Part shown: piece by piece, positions 36,642 to 39,656 of the stretch
Layout: each line of letters starts with the position of its first letter
Numbering within the stretch: the stretch's first letter is position 1
Assembly (NCBI GenBank): GCA_045105515.1
Contig: JBGCDR010000146.1
Coordinates: forward strand, 1-39,656
Reading direction: 5' to 3'
Source: Oligoflexales bacterium
Lineage (GTDB): Bacteria > Bdellovibrionota_B > Oligoflexia > Oligoflexales > Bog-1112
DNA: 39,656 nucleotides
Position numbers and translations under genes: made by a program
Notes under the pieces: model-generated
What the model was told of the DNA's origin: nothing
What the model saw: only the letters and a program-made list of their open reading frames with translations
Databases searched by the model: none

Positions 36642-38081
36642 TCATGAATTTTTTCGAAATTCAGCATTCTCACCGTATGAAAACCGTGATTTTTCAATGA
36701 TCGACCAATATGTTTTTATGCGCTTTACATAAGCAAGAGCTTCGTAACCTCTTGCATACCCATATTTGGTTTTTTTGTAGTATTTTTTTTGTGAAAGCAG
36801 TGGTAATACCTTGCTAACGTTGTGCCATGTATCAGGGTCCATTCCTAGATCTAAACAAAGGTGTCTAGCATCCTTTAAGTGCCCGAACCCCATATTATAT
36901 GATGCAAGAGTAAACCAAAGACGGTCCCTGTCATCAATATAGTCAGGAATACGTTCATAAATTTGTCTAAGGTACTTCACACCTGCATTGAGACTCTGTT
37001 TCGCATCTAAGCGATTTTTAACCCCTAGAGATTTCGCTGTATTCTGGGTGAGCATCATAAATCCTCTAACTCCAGTCTTACTCCTATTTCTCGGATTCCA
37101 GTGGGATTCCTGATAAGAAACTGCAGCAATCAGTTCAGGTGGAAAGGAATAACGCTCTGCTGCTGCCTTTATCATATCTGAGTACCTAGGAAGCCTATCC
37201 TCAATTCTATTTTTTAAAACTATGATATCGTAATAGTCAAACTCCTCCGTGTGGCTAAAGTAATGATCTTGCAGAGCCTCGTAATCACTCGTTTTACTAA
37301 ATTCTGCAAACCATTCTTGCATCTTTTTAGCCAAGTTTGGATTAGTTTTCGGCAAGGGCCAAGCCAATAGATTTGCCGAGCCAAGAGAGAATTTTGCCTC
37401 TAGTCTTGGAAAGTTAGTCCTCTGCATTTCAAAGATCAAAGAGTCCGCAATCGTGCAATGAATTTTTCTTTGGGCCACTTGCTGGAGAATCTCTTCGACC
37501 TCTTGAGTTTGACTCAGCTCAAACTTGATTCCAGGCACCTTGCCTTTGAGGCTTGTGAGCATTTCTAAATAGCAAGTGTCAGAGCCTATCAAAAGAGATT
37601 TCCCGATTAAATCATACTCAGATCGCACTCTAACAGATTGGTGGCATATAACTTTTTGCTCTACCATTGAATAATTAGGACCAAATAAGAACGTTTTTTC
37701 TCTTGTAGGTGTTTTCGATAAACCAGCAGCAGCAAAATCTCCTTCATTTTCTGTCAGTGCCTGTACTATTTGACTAGTGGTATCATAGAGCTTAAAGACT
37801 GGCCTCAAGCCGAGAAAGTCCCTCACAAAACTCACAGCAAGGTCATGTTCATAGCCACTGGCTTGCTTGTCATTATTGTAAAAATAGATGGTTGGCGCAT
37901 TCCTAAGTAAAATACGTACCTCACCCTTATCAAGCCATTGATCAGGGGTGCTTTTTATCGAAGAAGACGAAAGAGAAGGAAAATTTGACGAAAGCAGCAA
38001 TCCTACTAAGGGAGTAAAAGAAACAAGGAATATAATCGAAAGAAGGTTTTTTTTTTGTAGACCATAAATTTGGCATTTCAC
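36642..38081 (-). CDS. mltF: Membrane-bound lytic murein transglycosylase F
   Basis: N-terminal TM, SBP_bac_3-like domain (GYEHDLA, AAAGLS), SLT domain YQESHWNP, GVRGFMMLT, ASYNMG, GYARGYEA. Confidence 0.93.
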   Translation of the reverse strand: MKCQIYGLQKKNLLSIIFLVSFTPLVGLLLSSNFPSLSSSSIKSTPDQWLDKGEVRILLRNAPTIYFYNNDKQASGYEHDLAVSFVRDFLGLRPVFKLYDTTSQIVQALTENEGDFAAAGLSKTPTREKTFLFGPNYSMVEQKVICHQSVRVRSEYDLIGKSLLIGSDTCYLEMLTSLKGKVPGIKFELSQTQEVEEILQQVAQRKIHCTIADSLIFEMQRTNFPRLEAKFSLGSANLLAWPLPKTNPNLAKKMQEWFAEFSKTSDYEALQDHYFSHTEEFDYYDIIVLKNRIEDRLPRYSDMIKAAAERYSFPPELIAAVSYQESHWNPRNRSKTGVRGFMMLTQNTAKSLGVKNRLDAKQSLNAGVKYLRQIYERIPDYIDDRDRLWFTLASYNMGFGHLKDARHLCLDLGMDPDTWHNVSKVLPLLSQKKYYKKTKYGYARGYEALAYVKRIKTYWSIIEKSRFSYGENAEFRKNS

Positions 38082-38127
38082 GAAAAATTACGTTTCACTT
38101 AAAATGCATCATATTATGCGACTATAA

Positions 38128-38146
38128 GTTTTGCAAGTTGCAAAAC
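38128..38146. promoter_or_regulatory. Perfect palindrome GTTTTGCAA-G-TTGCAAAAC upstream of mltF
   Basis: 9-bp arms with a 1-nt spacer, 46 bp upstream of the mltF start. Confidence 0.5.
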
Positions 38147-38302
38147 AATCAAGATTGCCATTCCTAATTATCAGCTAAAACCTTAGGAAGCCTTTACAGA
38201 AGAAAAACCGGTATTTTATTACTCAATTATGTAATAATTTCATTGATAATATTGGGTTCCAATGGCCCGATCTAATGTTAACCTTTTTGGCTGAATAATT
38301 AA

Positions 38303-39382
38303 TCATAACCAACGTGATATTCTTTTAATCAAAAAGTTCTTGGTTACAGGTTTGCTAATGAGATCTTTGAAACCCAAATCTAGGCATCGCTGATGCTCAC
38401 CCTTCCATATATGAGAGGTGAGTGCAATTATAGGAATTCTACTATCTTTAGCTAAAATCGTTTTTGCAGCATCATAACCATTAATAATTGGTATCTGAAT
38501 ATCCATCAATATCAGCCCAAAAACATGTTTATTTGCAAGTTTAATTGCGTCTAATCCATTATCTACTACAGTCACCCTACAAGCAAATGACCGTAAATAT
38601 TCAGCATATAGACTTTGGATTTCCAAATTATCCTCTACCAGCAGCACGGGATAATCAGCTAAAAATGCGGGATTCAATTCAAGATTTTTCTCTTCGATAT
38701 TCGATCGAGAAGTCTGGTTCACAACATTTAAGCTAAAAGTAAATTCGAAAACTGATCCCAAATTAGGGGCACTAGACTTCAACACTAAGTCTCCTCCCAT
38801 TAAATTGGCAATTTTCTTAGATAAAAAAAGGCCAAGACCAGTTCCCTGTTGTCTGCTGCTAAATTCGGCACTTATTTGAGAGAATGGTTTAAAGAGATAG
38901 TTCCACATTTTTTTTTCAATGCCAATCCCGGTATCCTTAACTAAAATACTCACGCTCAGGTGGCTAAGCAACGATACTACAATTTCGATCTTGCCCTTAC
39001 TGGTAAACTTAATAGCATTGCTTACTAGATTAACTATAACCTGCCGTAACCTTAGAGGGTCAGCCTGGACAAGAACCGGTAGTTCATGCTGATATATCAC
39101 CTGGATTTTAGTTTTCTTTCCTAATGCCATTGAACGCAATTGATCTACAGCTCCATCAATTTCATGTGCTAAAAATATTGGGACGCTACGCATTTCAATC
39201 TTTCCTGATTCTATTGCACTAATATCAAGGATATCATTAATTAGTTGAAGCAAATGTTGACCATTTTTACGAATACTCTTAAGCGATTGATCCAGACTAT
39301 TAGAATCGTTGAGTCCAGAAAGAAGCAAATCCGAATATCCTATTATAACACTCAATGGTGTTCTAATTTCATGGCTTATCAT
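38303..39382 (-). pseudogene. Hybrid histidine kinase (HisKA-HATPase-REC), N-terminal sensor region removed by an IS insertion
   Basis: Begins at the H-box MISHEIRTPL; NLVSNAIKFT, DTGIG, GTGLGL, REC LMDIQ; the IS end lies 2 bp upstream of the ATG. Confidence 0.85.
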
Positions 39383-39384
39383 TA

Positions 39385-39656
39385 GAGTTGTCTAATTTTT
39401 TAACCGGCTAATATTATTATTTTATATGATTATTATGTAAATATTGATAAGCTGATCCCAAACGTAATTCTGGGAGGGCTTGATATGTTTATTTTCATGT
39501 TACCGGAAAGACAAGCGAAATCATTGACTGGCTTAAGCAAGGCTAAAATCGTTAAGATGGTTCCATCATTTTCCGAAGCCTACAGGGAATTAAAGGCCAG
39601 CAAAGGTAAGGGCAAGAATAAAAAAAGACCTGGTGCACCACTCAAATACATGATGC
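39385..39656 (+). mobile_element. Left end of an IS5-family (ISL2-group-like) element with transposase start at 39485, running off the window
   Basis: TTA then GAGTTGTCTAA end; GGAGG RBS; MFIFMLPERQAKSLTGLSKAKIVKMVPSFSEAY...RPGAPLK resembles the HTH_Tnp_4 N-terminus (RxxxxLTGL...F...G.P.K). Confidence 0.65.

Overview
AT-rich bacterial window with an insertion-sequence end at each edge: an IS30-like left end at 1-137 and an IS5/ISL2-like left end from 39385. It may be a whole contig broken at IS copies. The gene style (lipobox proteins with a 'PIMITGAHL'-type motif, many signalling genes) suggests Oligoflexia/Bdellovibrionota, but that is inference. The left 12 kb is accessory DNA: an IS-interrupted Ala-repeat gene, a frameshifted lipoprotein, a decayed IS1182, an aldehyde dehydrogenase, a Cys-rich lipoprotein facing a MACPF-signature lipoprotein, and a ProU/Hut-type ABC transporter. 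The centre (12.4-31.5 kb) is an unusual chemosensory island with three CheA paralogues: one lacks its Hpt/P1 domain, one keeps P1 but has destroyed ATP-binding boxes, and one is complete with an N-terminal REC domain. The island also encodes a soluble receptor with three Aer2-type PAS-heme domains, an ABC1/UbiB atypical kinase overlapping cheB, an MshEN-like/pseudo-Hpt protein, free Hpt and Hpt-REC proteins, a REC-HisKA half-kinase and a globin. Several sigma28-like promoters are present. The best candidate for a new system is an O2-sensing, split (P1-less kinase plus pseudokinase) CheA pathway with an embedded ABC1 kinase. The right end has a GH3 glucosidase, an alpha/beta hydrolase, an ArsJ-like MFS transporter, mltF and an IS-truncated hybrid histidine kinase. 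No rRNA, tRNA or CRISPR array was seen.
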